Positions 40,369-51,103 of a DNA stretch of 64,000 nt are shown in pieces (the stretch's first letter is position 1; every line of letters starts with the position of its first letter). The notes under the pieces were generated by a model that saw only the letters and a list, made by a program, of their open reading frames with translations, was not told the DNA's origin and ran no database searches. The position numbers and the translations under genes are program-made. The stretch is from assembly GCA_965243135.1 (NCBI GenBank), contig OZ251539.1, forward strand, positions 3,168,001 to 3,232,000, written 5' to 3'. This DNA is from Alphaproteobacteria bacterium (lineage in GTDB: Bacteria; Pseudomonadota; Alphaproteobacteria; MPNO01; UBA830).

Positions 40369-41444
40369 GCTATTGTTCATTGACGACCAACCAGACTCTC
40401 TTGGGCCTCTGAAGAACTTTCTCCGCCAGCACCTCAGCTTCGAGGAGAAGACTCGCAACTTCCCCGAGGCCCGGAATTGCGTTGCCGGATATCGCCCGGA
40501 TATCGTGATTCTCGATGTCGTCGACGCCGCCAGCCCCCAAGAATCCCGAAGTCGAGGCCAAAAATACGCTCAACCTTATCTGGAACGGGCATTTCTGTCC
40601 GATAATCGTATATTCCGCCAATCTCGACCTTCTTGAGGGCCATCGAGACCATCCTTTCGTCGTCAGAGTGTAAAGGGGGGCCCGGAATCCACAAAAGGTG
40701 CGGAACGCGATCAGAGAATTCGAACCTCATATCGCGGCGTTGAAGGAGGCAGAGGAAAGCGTCCGGCGGTCGTTCTCGGAAGCGATGCGCGATCTGGCTC
40801 CCGTCGCGCTCGGCGCAACCGGAAAAGTCAATGCCGATACCATCAGACGTGCGGGCCGACGACGGCTCGCCGCGCTTATGGACGAGCCGGCGGCTGATGG
40901 GGAATCGCCAGCCGCGTGGGAGCAATACCTGTTTCCTCCGGTATCGGAGGATTTCCTGCTTGGCGATGTATTGAAAAAGAGAGACGCCGAGGATCCGGCA
41001 GCGTACCGCGTCGTCCTGACTCCTTCCTGCGATATGGTCGCATCCGGGGAACGTGAGCCGAAGGTGCAGGAGATTTTTGTCGCGAAGTGCTGCTCCATGC
41101 AGCAAGCGTTGGAGCAAATCGGCCGCGCCGGAATCGGGCGTCGCAGGATCGAAAGAGACCTACCCAACAACATGCTGGACCCGGGTTACATGAGCCCGGT
41201 AATTCCTTTTCCCCGACTGAACGGCCAGATACCGCAGATGGCCGCCAACCTGCGCCAACTGGAATTGATTCCATTCGATAAATTGAATGACGATTACGAG
41301 CGGAAGGCCTCCATCGACAGCCCCTTTCGCGAGATGGTCGCCTGGGCTTATCTTCAGACTGCGGCCCGTCCCGGTCTCCCGGATCGGGACACGGCCAAAT
41401 GGGCGACGGAAATCGCTGACGAGATGGACACTCATCGAGGCTGA
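40361..41444 (+). pseudogene. Response-regulator-like protein (receiver plus C-terminal 'PSCD' domain), disrupted
   Basis: Receiver start LLFIDD...PDIVILD; +1 frameshift in the C5 run at 40534-40538 (frame resumes ...IWNGHFCPIIVYSA); in-frame TAA at 40671-40673; continues as ORF 40698..41444. Confidence 0.75.
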
Positions 41445-42618
41445 AAATCTCGTCGTCGGCGATTTTCGGGAGGTCGCTCCGCTCGGCGATTTCTCCGTCG
41501 ATTCGTCAGTCAATCGTTCGGGTCGCGCCAAGGAAATCGCTGACGGTCGTGGAGCCAAAACGCGTCTGACGTTCTTGTCCATGGAAAACTTCGTGCTCCG
41601 CCGTCTCGGGCGATCGTCAATCCCACAAAAAAGGCGGCTTTCAACGGCTTTTGGCGGATTCGGGAATCTCGAAAACGTGGGGGCCGCTGCGCATAGGCCG
41701 CGCTGAACCTTCACCCATCCTCGCCACTTATGGCGTCCAACGATGACAAACTCTTCAGCCCGTCTTCCGTTGCTTCATGTTTTTCATCGGCTCTCGACGC
41801 TCCAAGCGACCGAGCCGTTTCGCCGCAAGGTCGTGGAACGTCGAAGCGAAACGGTTGTTGAACTGTTTCGCAGAGCGCACAAGGTTGATCTTTCGGCGAA
41901 CGGGACGTTCCGGTTCCCCCCGCAGAGCCACGGACGCCGCTTGCCGCTCCGCCTCCGTGAACTTCCGCCTCCCCCGTCCCCGACCGCCTTCAGGCGTGTG
42001 ATCCTCGTGGCCCTCCAGATAGTGCGTGCCGACCGTTCAGCGTTCCAAGGATCCTTACTCTCCTGCAGGCTCGGCCGCCTGGATGCGCCCTCAAAGCGCG
42101 TTCTTCCGGCCCTGCGGAGAGCCGTTCGAGACCCCGTTCGACAGCCGCTCGGGCGGCCTCCGCACGGGGCGGTTCGCGAAAGCCTTCATGCGTTCGACAA
42201 GCTCTCCTGGTATTCGAGGATCGGCGTTCCGTCACGATGGTTATCGACGTCCTGAAGGAAATCTCGTATATTCTCCATGCAGGCTCCCATGTAATTCAGG
42301 ATCGGATCCCCTTGGAGGAATCATGCCTGGTTATGGGGGCCCGCCAGTCTTCCCAATATATGATCGTAATAGCTCGTTCCATCGCGCCTTTCCTTCGTCC
42401 CTTCAAGTTTCGCTGCCGCTTCGTTCACTGCGCAGCACCCTTTCTCGGGCGAAAGTTACTCGCAAAAACGGGAACACCACGGTTCGCGACATTAGGATCA
42501 GCAGTATCCCCGCTCTTCGCGCCGCCATCTCCCGCAGAGATGTTTCGCCGCGCGCTGCTGGTGAGTCCCTGTTTTCGCTCGACCGCATACGCTGAAAATC
42601 CGTCCATTGAGCGATAAA

Positions 42619-42858
42619 ATGAGCACGAATCGCCTGATGGATCAAGGATGGGAGTGCAAATTTCTCTCCGCCTTCAAACAAAAATGAGGATCTCGGAGAG
42701 GGCAACACAAATCCGCGACGGGCATATAGACAGCACCCTGCCGTACGGTTGTCCGCCCGCGGATTTGACTGGCTTGAGGACCGGCTTCAGGAGGCACTCG
42801 AGGTCCACGGAACGTTACCGCGGCGGGAGTTGGACGAACTGGCCGAAAATCGCATAAC
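42619..42858 (+). pseudogene. Possible internally deleted PLD/NgoFVII-type nuclease gene remnant
   Basis: N-terminal MSTNRLMDQGWECKF and C-terminal RGFDWLEDRLQEALEVHGTLPRRELDEL resemble, from memory, the ends of PLD-family restriction proteins; no HKD motif remains. Confidence 0.3.
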
Positions 42859-42933
42859 GGGCGTCAGGCACTGTCTACAGCGACAGCGTGAAAGCGGTCG
42901 CCGTCCTGAATGCCGTGTGGCAACTGTCGTAAT

Positions 42934-44784
42934 TCAAACCTGAACGGGCTCCTCAAGCAGATTGGAAAAGAACCCTGCCTCGGGATTGCCGGGCAGCCCC
43001 ACGAGCGTCGACCGATCGAGAAACCGGTTGTATTCCTCGCAGGCTGTTTCAGGCGCCATCACGCAGGCATGGCACGCCGCCAGAGAAAGTCTGTCGGCAG
43101 CGGAAATCATCCCCTCGATACACAGAGGGTCGGACGAACACCATTCCATCGCCCGAATCGCTGCGACCACCGCACGTTCCGCACGCAGAGATTCTCCCTG
43201 GCGCTGCAATCCGCCAAGCGTTCCATCCGAACCGGAGGTCGCGGTGTAGATCAGGACGCCAGCCATTTCTTCCGGGTCTTCGTCCACGTACAGGCGCTCC
43301 CGCAACGCGGCCGTCGAGTAACCGCTTTCGAGAGTGAGTTGCCTCATGAGCGCGTGGGAAAATGTATGGACCATGAGGAAACGGGGCGTGATGCTCCGGG
43401 AAGGCTTTGCCTCCCCGTGGCGCTCCCTCCATTCCAGCTTCCATGCATCGTCGACTTTGCGGGCGCGTTCCATCACACGATCCTGTTTTTCCCAGGACCG
43501 TAGGGATTCCAGGTTGAAGGCAAGAAAAATCCCTTCTCCACGAACCTCGATCGCCGGGAGCCATTCCTTGCGAGCGGCCGAAAGCGGTGAAATTCCGGAA
43601 CTGTCTTCTGCATCCGGCGGATTTATTCTTGTGAAACCGTTCAACGCTCGCACTTCGCGCAATCGTACGACGCGCACTACGCGAGCGAAGAACGGGCGGA
43701 GCCGTTCGGGAATCGCTACGTTTCGAACCTCGAAGTCCTCGGCTTCGGGAGCGGTCGTATCCGAAGACAGCTGGCGATACTCCTCGCCGCGTATATCCAG
43801 AGTTGCGTCGTCGCTGTATATTTCAAGCCGGTTCTTGACCTCTCGAATCAGATCGTCGGCGCTCAGGTTCAATTCGGCTAGCGCCGTACTCAATTTCCCT
43901 CTGGCAAGTATACGAACGAAATCTGCCTGATCCGCTGGTTGAGTTTCGACGATGAGATGCCAGTAGGTTCCGAGGGCCTGCTGGAGCCGGTCCGTCCATG
44001 GCGGGATGCTGAGGGCGGACTCGATGACGGGAAAGTACAAGTTCGACGCGCCACGCTGCAAGGCTCTCGGGCGAGCGTCGCAGTCCTCGTTTGCGCCCGC
44101 AAGCCAGGGACGCCTTCCGCGACAGCGAACGCCTTGCCATGTCCCAGCGCTGAATATCCCGTCCATTGATCTGCTCGCCTTGCACGAGCGACATCGCAGT
44201 ATCAAGCCGGCCAGCCCGGGGCGTTCCGCCCGAAGTTGCAAGCGTGCTCTTTCCTTTTCCTCGCAATCCGGAGCGTGTCGGACCCACAGATGCCACGGAA
44301 AGTCGTCGAGGTGTCCCTTGTCGCAGGCCATAACGAAACGCGTCGGTACAACGAATTCCTCTCGCTGACCGGGGTTTGTCGCCGTGCATCCAGCGCAGTA
44401 GCGATAAGTCCGGCCCGCGACTTGGGCCCATGAGTTCGCCGGCGCGATGCGGTTGCATTGCGGACACAGAAGCCATTCGGGAAAACGTGCCGCGACGAGG
44501 GATCGCGTGTCGGGATTGCCGTTGTCGTCTCGCCAGTTTTCGTCGACGACAGGTGGCACGCGAAACCCGCCCACCAACAACTTCCGCTGCAATCTCGGCT
44601 CGGCGATTTTCTGCGGGTTGGCCAGTCCCGCCGGCGGAAAGCGTTTGTCCCATTCCTCAAGACCGGCCGCGACTGCCGATACGGGCGCTCCGTCGGCACG
44701 AAAATCCACCACGGAGCCGGGCCCGAAATTCATCACCGCAGCGCTTCGCCGCACTTTGCCCAAAATATTGTCAACCATCGGCAT
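42934..44784 (-). CDS. drmB: DISARM DrmB-like protein (DUF1998)
   Basis: GKVRRSAAVMNFGPGSVVD, RFVMACDKGHLDDFPW, RGASNLYFP, HTFSHALM, C-terminal AACHAC...ETACE.N..LDR. Confidence 0.92.
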   Translation of the reverse strand: MPMVDNILGKVRRSAAVMNFGPGSVVDFRADGAPVSAVAAGLEEWDKRFPPAGLANPQKIAEPRLQRKLLVGGFRVPPVVDENWRDDNGNPDTRSLVAARFPEWLLCPQCNRIAPANSWAQVAGRTYRYCAGCTATNPGQREEFVVPTRFVMACDKGHLDDFPWHLWVRHAPDCEEKERARLQLRAERPGLAGLILRCRSCKASRSMDGIFSAGTWQGVRCRGRRPWLAGANEDCDARPRALQRGASNLYFPVIESALSIPPWTDRLQQALGTYWHLIVETQPADQADFVRILARGKLSTALAELNLSADDLIREVKNRLEIYSDDATLDIRGEEYRQLSSDTTAPEAEDFEVRNVAIPERLRPFFARVVRVVRLREVRALNGFTRINPPDAEDSSGISPLSAARKEWLPAIEVRGEGIFLAFNLESLRSWEKQDRVMERARKVDDAWKLEWRERHGEAKPSRSITPRFLMVHTFSHALMRQLTLESGYSTAALRERLYVDEDPEEMAGVLIYTATSGSDGTLGGLQRQGESLRAERAVVAAIRAMEWCSSDPLCIEGMISAADRLSLAACHACVMAPETACEEYNRFLDRSTLVGLPGNPEAGFFSNLLEEPVQV

Positions 44785-47700
44785 TCACTTCCGGCTGGCT
44801 TGCGCGAAGCCATTCCGCGAGTTTGAACCTCGTCGAGGGTTCGACGTCGCGCATGCTGTTCAGGGTGGGCCACGCCTCGCCGGGCATTCGTCCGATCGTG
44901 CGAAGCATCGCTGCGCGTTCGGCATCCTGAAGCAGGGAAATCCGGGTGTTGCGGTGCCAGTAGCTCTCGGGTTTACGCCTCTTCCATGCTCCAAGACAGC
45001 GCTCCAGTTCCGTCCTCACGTCGTTTTCCTCGGGATCGATCCGGCGGGCCCGTTCTACGATGTAATCTATAAAACTCAATGCCGCATGAAGCGCTTCGTC
45101 GTCGAATTTTGGATGGCTGAGCGTTCCGGGGGCCAGATGCCGGACCAGTGCAACCAGCACGGCGTGAAGCGCGCGATCGCGCGCACGGGAGGCGAACGGC
45201 GTTACGCTTGTCGGCTCCACGTCGCGATAGAGCGTTTGGTGCCAAGTGGAAAAGGTTTCATAACGCGAACGGTCGCGCGCCTTGGCATTGTTGAGCAACG
45301 ACACCACAAGGCCGGGAATGCGGCCTCGTCCGACACGGCTGGTCGCTTGGATATATTCCGCGATTCCCTTGGGTTGGCCGTTGACCAGCATCAATCCCAG
45401 GCGAGGTATGTCGACGCCGACACTGAGCATGTTCGTTGCCAGCGCAACGTCGAGGGCAGCATTGTCGTCCCCGGCCGAGGTTTCGAGCTTGACCAGCATA
45501 TCCCTGATCTCCTCCTGGGTTCGTCTTGAAGTCAGCTCTTCGATGCATTCCGGTTCCCTAGCATCTTCCCGTCGCCTGTCGGCGAGTACGCTCAGACTGT
45601 CGTTGACGTCGTCCCGCATAAGGGCGAGCGCGCCTCCCAGTTCCCGCAGCGAATTGAAGTAGGAAACCAGCGTCCAGTAGGGATCCCGAGTCTGATCGTC
45701 GTCCGTGCCGCCCTCTGCGGATTGGAGAAGCGACGCGGCAACCGCCTGAAGGGCGAACTTCGCCGACCGCCCGGCCGTTGTCACCGCCGCATAAACGCGG
45801 CCGGGCGAATCCGGATCCTCGACAGCGAAACCGGAATCTCCCGCATTCAGGCATGGCGGCGGAAATTGCTCGGTCTTGCGGTCGAACAGCGCCCTGACCT
45901 GTTCCGGAGCACGGCGAATTGTCGCGGTCGAGCCAATAATCTTGGGCCGAGAACCGTCGTTGGCGAACATGCAGTCGATTGCAGCCTCGTACAGACCGGC
46001 GACCGTTCCCAACGGCCCGGAAATCAAGTGCAGTTCGTCCTGGAGAACCAGATCCGGCGGACAACGGCCGTCCAGTCCGAAAAGCTCATTTACTTCCGCT
46101 CGCCGGACGATCTGGGCGAATTTGTCGATGGTGCCGATAAGAAGGGTCGGCCGTTCCCGGTAAACGTCCTCATCGACGGTCCAGACAGGAAGCGGTTCAT
46201 CCGGATGAAAGAGAATGCAGGCTTCATGAAGACAACGAACGTGTATGGCATCGCGCATCGCAGTGGAAGACCATTGCAATTTCTTTTGGCACGCGGGGCA
46301 ATTCAACAGTTGCTCCGGCGTTGGCTGACTTCTGGTCGCCAGCGCATCAGCTGCTTGGCGGATGCCGTTCGGTGTCGCTTCGCCGCCAACCCAGAGACCG
46401 GCCGAGAAAGGTACACTGCCAAGATCTCCGGTTTCGATATCACCGGCGCTTCCGCGCCGGATCGCCTCGCAGGCGAGCATGACGGAACAGGCGCGCGTAA
46501 ACTGTTGCGTCGTAAGCAGCCGCAGCGTGTAACGCATGACGGCGACCACGCCCGCACCGGCATCCGGCCCTTCCGAAGCGGCGAGTCGGCGATAGAACGC
46601 CAGAAAGGCGATCAGCGCGAGATAGGCTTCTGTCTTGCCGCCGCCGGTCGGAAACCACAGCAGATCCATTACGGCGCGGTCAGGATGTTCCCGATCGACG
46701 ACCGAGTCCGCGGCCATGAGAATGAAACCCAGCTGGAAGGGTCTCCAGTTGAGAGATCCGCCTGCGCCCTTTATTGGATCCCAGCCGTATTGAAGGTCCA
46801 TCGCCATGTTGGCCAAGCGAAACGCTCGCGAAGCTTCGGGATCCCGGACAATGCGCACGACGCCGTCCGATATGCGTTTCAGAACCCTTCTGCAGGTCTG
46901 GATGTTGCATTCGGCCTGCTCCCGAAATTCCTGAGGTATGTCGCCGAGACCCGCCTCCTGTAATTCGATCCACCGCTCGTACGTCTCCGGCATCATCGTT
47001 AACGCCTCGTCCAGTTCCTGCTGCGTCGCGTGCGCGAGCCATCGGGCAGACAGAGGTTGTCGCTTCCCGTCCTGGCGCAAGGCATCGAAGAGAGCGTGAC
47101 CCTCGGGGCTGGTTCCCGGCACCTTGACGCGCGGTACCCATGTTATGCCAACCATGATGGCGAACTCCGGATCCGGTCCGACCTCCCGTTTCGCCGAGCA
47201 TGTATGTCCGGTCGCAAACTCACGGGTGCTGCGATAGAGCAGCTCCGCGCTCCGGTCGTCATCATCGAGAACGACTCTCCGGGATGGCCGGGCAACGAGT
47301 CTTGTCCCCTCTGACGGCCGGATTTCCATTTCAACCTGAAAAAACGTCAGCCCCTCAATTCCTTCGCGTCCCTTGTCCTCGTCGGGTCGTGCGACATTCA
47401 CCAAGGTGATAGTCGCGAGGGTTCCCCCGGTCCAGGGCACCGTCCGGACGTGCAACTTCGCCTCCTCCGGTAATTCCTCGAGTGCGACAAACCCGGCGTC
47501 CCTGTCCAAGGCAAGCCGTACCGTTCCATCGTGGAAGAGCCTTCGCCAACGCTTTTCGAACCTGCCCTCGGACTGTCCATCCACTTCAACGGGCTCGTAG
47601 GTCGCGAAGCGGACCCTTACGGTCACGACGGGAGAACCCTCGTTCAATCCGACAGCGAAAGAAACGCCGGCAGAACAGGGACGCGCCTGCCCGAACACCG

Positions 47701-47914
47701 GGGTTTCTTCTTCCTCCGCCGTCCCGCCAGCATGATTATCCTCGTTTCCGCCGGAATTACCGAGCCTGTCGTCTTCCTCGCCGCCCATTCTGGCTTCCTG
47801 CGGCCAGAGTACGCCGGTCAGATAGACATCGGACGGGCGGGATGCCAGTTCCTCGTTGTCGTCATCCGGGCCGATCAGATCTCTTTCCAGCCGTTCCAGC
47901 AACAGGTCGCGCAT
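44771..47914 (-). CDS. drmA: DISARM DrmA-like SF2 helicase
   Basis: DLIGP, WRPFQLGF, LWFPTGGGKTEAYL, RYTLRLLTTQQ, QDELHLISGPLG, YFNSLRELGG, ATNMLSVGVDIPRLG, YIQATSRVGR. Confidence 0.93.
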   Translation of the reverse strand: MRDLLLERLERDLIGPDDDNEELASRPSDVYLTGVLWPQEARMGGEEDDRLGNSGGNEDNHAGGTAEEEETPVFGQARPCSAGVSFAVGLNEGSPVVTVRVRFATYEPVEVDGQSEGRFEKRWRRLFHDGTVRLALDRDAGFVALEELPEEAKLHVRTVPWTGGTLATITLVNVARPDEDKGREGIEGLTFFQVEMEIRPSEGTRLVARPSRRVVLDDDDRSAELLYRSTREFATGHTCSAKREVGPDPEFAIMVGITWVPRVKVPGTSPEGHALFDALRQDGKRQPLSARWLAHATQQELDEALTMMPETYERWIELQEAGLGDIPQEFREQAECNIQTCRRVLKRISDGVVRIVRDPEASRAFRLANMAMDLQYGWDPIKGAGGSLNWRPFQLGFILMAADSVVDREHPDRAVMDLLWFPTGGGKTEAYLALIAFLAFYRRLAASEGPDAGAGVVAVMRYTLRLLTTQQFTRACSVMLACEAIRRGSAGDIETGDLGSVPFSAGLWVGGEATPNGIRQAADALATRSQPTPEQLLNCPACQKKLQWSSTAMRDAIHVRCLHEACILFHPDEPLPVWTVDEDVYRERPTLLIGTIDKFAQIVRRAEVNELFGLDGRCPPDLVLQDELHLISGPLGTVAGLYEAAIDCMFANDGSRPKIIGSTATIRRAPEQVRALFDRKTEQFPPPCLNAGDSGFAVEDPDSPGRVYAAVTTAGRSAKFALQAVAASLLQSAEGGTDDDQTRDPYWTLVSYFNSLRELGGALALMRDDVNDSLSVLADRRREDAREPECIEELTSRRTQEEIRDMLVKLETSAGDDNAALDVALATNMLSVGVDIPRLGLMLVNGQPKGIAEYIQATSRVGRGRIPGLVVSLLNNAKARDRSRYETFSTWHQTLYRDVEPTSVTPFASRARDRALHAVLVALVRHLAPGTLSHPKFDDEALHAALSFIDYIVERARRIDPEENDVRTELERCLGAWKRRKPESYWHRNTRISLLQDAERAAMLRTIGRMPGEAWPTLNSMRDVEPSTRFKLAEWLRASQPEVNADG

Positions 47915-47915
47915 G

Positions 47916-49802
47916 TCACTTCTTCCAGCTATGGGATTTTCTTTTCGGGAACGATATCGTAGGGTAGCCCAGAATGAGCGGTGCCAAAAGTACTCCGCTT
48001 TGGGACCATGGCTCGTGCAGACGTTCGCATTCCGGCGATTCCGGCGGCAAGACGATGGTGCGCAATCCCCACAAGTGGAGAAAAGGGATAAAGTTCGGCG
48101 GGCGAAGTTTGGGCGTCTTGTGCCTGTGTTTTACATCCTTCGCGATCTTGAAAAGATCGCTGTTTACCTCGTTGGAAAGGATACCCAAGCAAGGCCCTTC
48201 TTCAATCTCCCCGAACCGGTACAGAAACTTTGTATCTGGATCCGACTTCGCCTTGAGCGGAAGCATCGCACCAACCATTCTAAGAAGATTCTGGTTGCGT
48301 TGAACTTCGTCCGCCGAGGCGAAAACTGACCGCCCTGCCAATCCTTCTGCTGTGACATCTCCTTCAAGCCCGATCTCCACCTGCGCACGCGGACCGTCCC
48401 TCTTTCTGAGAACGCGATACGCCCTGCCGGATTCCAGTTTGCTTGCAATACCCCGGTAACTGCTTCCCGACAACAATTTCGATCTTGCCCGCGTGGCGCC
48501 GACAAATATAACGCGCGCCTCCTCTTCCTGATCTGTGGTTCCGCTGTAATTTGGCGGAATCATCAGGTGGACGGTATTGGCTTCCCTACCTTTCGACGCA
48601 TGAATCGTTCCGATTATCGGCCCGTTGTCTCCCAGCTCGGGCGAACAGAGGTCCACCGGGGGGCGTCTGCGACCGAGACGGTTACGCAGGTCACGCATGC
48701 TTACGGTTCGCCCCCTCCTTCCAACCCCGGCGAGCCGTACAAGCCGGGCCCACGCTCCATAGCAATCCTCGGACAAGGAGATATCGTCCGGCACTCTGCC
48801 TTCCCAAAGCATCTCGAATTTCTTTTGCGTCAGTCGCGCTTCGGTATAATCGGCCAATACCATTCCGATCCAAGGCGTCAATATTTGCGGCAATCCCGAC
48901 ATCCGTATTCTGTGAGGAACACCGGCGTTCACAAGATAAGATGATCGTTGGAGAACATCCGCCCTGCGGCGGTAAAGAACGAAAGCGTCGTTCCCCATAT
49001 CGCGAATTCGCTCGTTTTCCTTGTTGTCGGTTGATTCGTGCGCATAGCGTTCCACCTTTTTAACCACATCCTTCAGGTGAGTCTGTTTATCGGGAGACGA
49101 CAGCACAGTGCGACGCACTTTCGTGAAAATTTTTTTCAGTTTCTTCGAGTCTGTGCGATAAACTTTTTCGAGATCGTGTTTATCGAATGGTTTCCCGGTC
49201 CAATGTTTTATCCTTGCGGCGAGGGTTTGTTCTCCATCCTCGCTCTCCTCAACTTCCCGGTCATCCGCAAATCCGTAAATCGCTTGCGCTTCATCGGCAA
49301 AAACCGTGACCCCGCAGTTGTCGGAAAGCTTCTCGATGAATGCGGCCAGCAGGTCGGAGCGCATGCCGACGATATCCTGAGCTTCGTCTACGATCAAATG
49401 TTCCAGCTGTTCGAGGTATTCCGACACTCCCGTGTTGCTCCGCACCAGATCAAGTACCCGTTTAATGTTTTCTTCGTAAGATCCAAGAATTTTGGCATCT
49501 TCGTCGAAACCGGAATGGATGGTCCATGCGTGCGAATCCAGCGTAGCGATTTTCACCGTGAAGGCATCCGCATCGTTTTCCATATATTCGGCTATCCTGT
49601 CGCGAATCTCGTTGACCGCGGTTCGGGTGAAGCTGATCAGCCATATGTTGCTCGCGGCCAGATCCTCGCCGACCAGCCACGCTACCCTCGCGCAGGCCAC
49701 AGCCGTTTTTCCGGTGCCCGGCCCGGCGCTGACGTGCAGCCGGGCCGAGGGAGCAGCCTCGATAATCTCTCTCTGGGAGCGGTGCCACTTTACGTCAGAC
49801 AT
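47916..49802 (-). CDS. UvrD/Rep-type SF1A helicase
   Basis: AGPGTGKT, ISFTRTA, LIVDEAQD, DEAQAIYGF, TIHASKGRE, EEARVIFVGATRAR. Confidence 0.9.
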   Translation of the reverse strand: MSDVKWHRSQREIIEAAPSARLHVSAGPGTGKTAVACARVAWLVGEDLAASNIWLISFTRTAVNEIRDRIAEYMENDADAFTVKIATLDSHAWTIHSGFDEDAKILGSYEENIKRVLDLVRSNTGVSEYLEQLEHLIVDEAQDIVGMRSDLLAAFIEKLSDNCGVTVFADEAQAIYGFADDREVEESEDGEQTLAARIKHWTGKPFDKHDLEKVYRTDSKKLKKIFTKVRRTVLSSPDKQTHLKDVVKKVERYAHESTDNKENERIRDMGNDAFVLYRRRADVLQRSSYLVNAGVPHRIRMSGLPQILTPWIGMVLADYTEARLTQKKFEMLWEGRVPDDISLSEDCYGAWARLVRLAGVGRRGRTVSMRDLRNRLGRRRPPVDLCSPELGDNGPIIGTIHASKGREANTVHLMIPPNYSGTTDQEEEARVIFVGATRARSKLLSGSSYRGIASKLESGRAYRVLRKRDGPRAQVEIGLEGDVTAEGLAGRSVFASADEVQRNQNLLRMVGAMLPLKAKSDPDTKFLYRFGEIEEGPCLGILSNEVNSDLFKIAKDVKHRHKTPKLRPPNFIPFLHLWGLRTIVLPPESPECERLHEPWSQSGVLLAPLILGYPTISFPKRKSHSWKK

Positions 49803-49909
49803 GTCGATCCTCGCATTACGTCGACCGGGGCGAGTATAGGCCGCTTGCACGAGACGTGCCGCGCCGTTCCCTTTGCCCTGCGGCAAACCGCTCCCGTCGA
49901 TCCGGCGGA

Positions 49910-51103
49910 TCAGACGGCGCGGCGCACTTGCCCGACGAAGCTCTCAAGAGTTAGCAGATGCGGACGAACGGATGCGGGAAATTTTACGGCGAGAGGCTCG
50001 GGAACCACGAGCCGGACGCCGGACGCGGTCATCTCCCGGAACTGGGACTCGGACACGCCTTCCTGCAACGTGAGGAGATCCTTGCGTTCGATCCGCGCCG
50101 CCTCGTTGAGAATCTGCCGCCACCGGTCGCGGCATGTGGTCTTGACGGCGAGCATACGCAGGCGCCCGGCAGGGAAGCCGGGGTTGCGGTAGGCTTCGGC
50201 CGAGGGAAAGAGGAAATCGGGGCGATGGCCGGGCTCGGACTCCGCCTGCCAGGAAAATTGCCGTCCCTCTTCCAGCCCCTCTTCGAGGAATATCTTCCGG
50301 ATATGGAGTTCGAGCGACCGCCCGGATCTCGACTTGCGCCGCTGGAGTATCGGCTGGGCGAGCCTGGCGAAAGCTTCGACGCTGTCCACGTGGTTTCCGA
50401 AGTCGTGGATTTTCGGGAACTCGATGGCCTGTTCCACGCTCCGGAACAGCACGAGTTCGCAGTCCCGCCGACGAAGCAGCCGACGATCGACCCCGAAACC
50501 GGGCCGCAACCCGGCAGCCTTCTCGACAAGTTCCGTCGGAGAAGGAAATTTTTCCAGCCACTCCGGCGGCATCTCTTCGGGTTCCAGCCAGCAATCGGCC
50601 TGGATCTCCCGTTCCCCGAAACCGGCATCGCCTGCGGGATGCCACAGCCACCATTTCCCGGGCTCGGTCGGACCGATGCGATCCTGCACGACCTCTTCTT
50701 CGGCCTCGTCCCGGCATACCCAGACGCGGCACGCGGCGCCATCGAATACGAAGACGCAGAGTGCGCCGGTGTTTTCCGGGTCGAGCAGCGCCGACGCCGC
50801 GCCGCCGAGATTGGTGATGCGCGCTTCGTTCCGGGTGCCGCCGCGAAGCATGTTGTTGTACCAGACCGCCCGCACGAGCCGCCGGTCGCCGTGCGACGCG
50901 ATATCGAGGTCGAACCGGACATCGGGATTCGCCTCGTCCGGACGGTTCAGCCCGGGCAGCAGCCGCAGCAGGAGATCGCGCGGAACGTAAGGTCCGGCCT
51001 GATGCGCGCCGTTGGCCAGCGTGTCGTTTCCCGACAGGCGCTTCGCGAACCACGCAAAACCCCGGCGGGAATGCTCGTCGAGCCAGTCCCGGAGTTCAGG
51101 CAT
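49910..51103 (-). CDS. EcoRII-like type IIE restriction endonuclease (effector N-domain plus catalytic domain)
   Basis: KRLSGNDT..GAHQAGPY, RNEARIT, RRKSRSGRSLELH, PDFLFPS, MLAVKTTCRDRWRQILNEA, LTLQEGVS. Confidence 0.93.
   Translation of the reverse strand: MPELRDWLDEHSRRGFAWFAKRLSGNDTLANGAHQAGPYVPRDLLLRLLPGLNRPDEANPDVRFDLDIASHGDRRLVRAVWYNNMLRGGTRNEARITNLGGAASALLDPENTGALCVFVFDGAACRVWVCRDEAEEEVVQDRIGPTEPGKWWLWHPAGDAGFGEREIQADCWLEPEEMPPEWLEKFPSPTELVEKAAGLRPGFGVDRRLLRRRDCELVLFRSVEQAIEFPKIHDFGNHVDSVEAFARLAQPILQRRKSRSGRSLELHIRKIFLEEGLEEGRQFSWQAESEPGHRPDFLFPSAEAYRNPGFPAGRLRMLAVKTTCRDRWRQILNEAARIERKDLLTLQEGVSESQFREMTASGVRLVVPEPLAVKFPASVRPHLLTLESFVGQVRRAV

Noticed and set aside
41445-42618. Several 60-190 aa ORFs and a possible structured RNA
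   Set aside because: No recognisable protein motifs or RNA family signature; likely decayed sequence.
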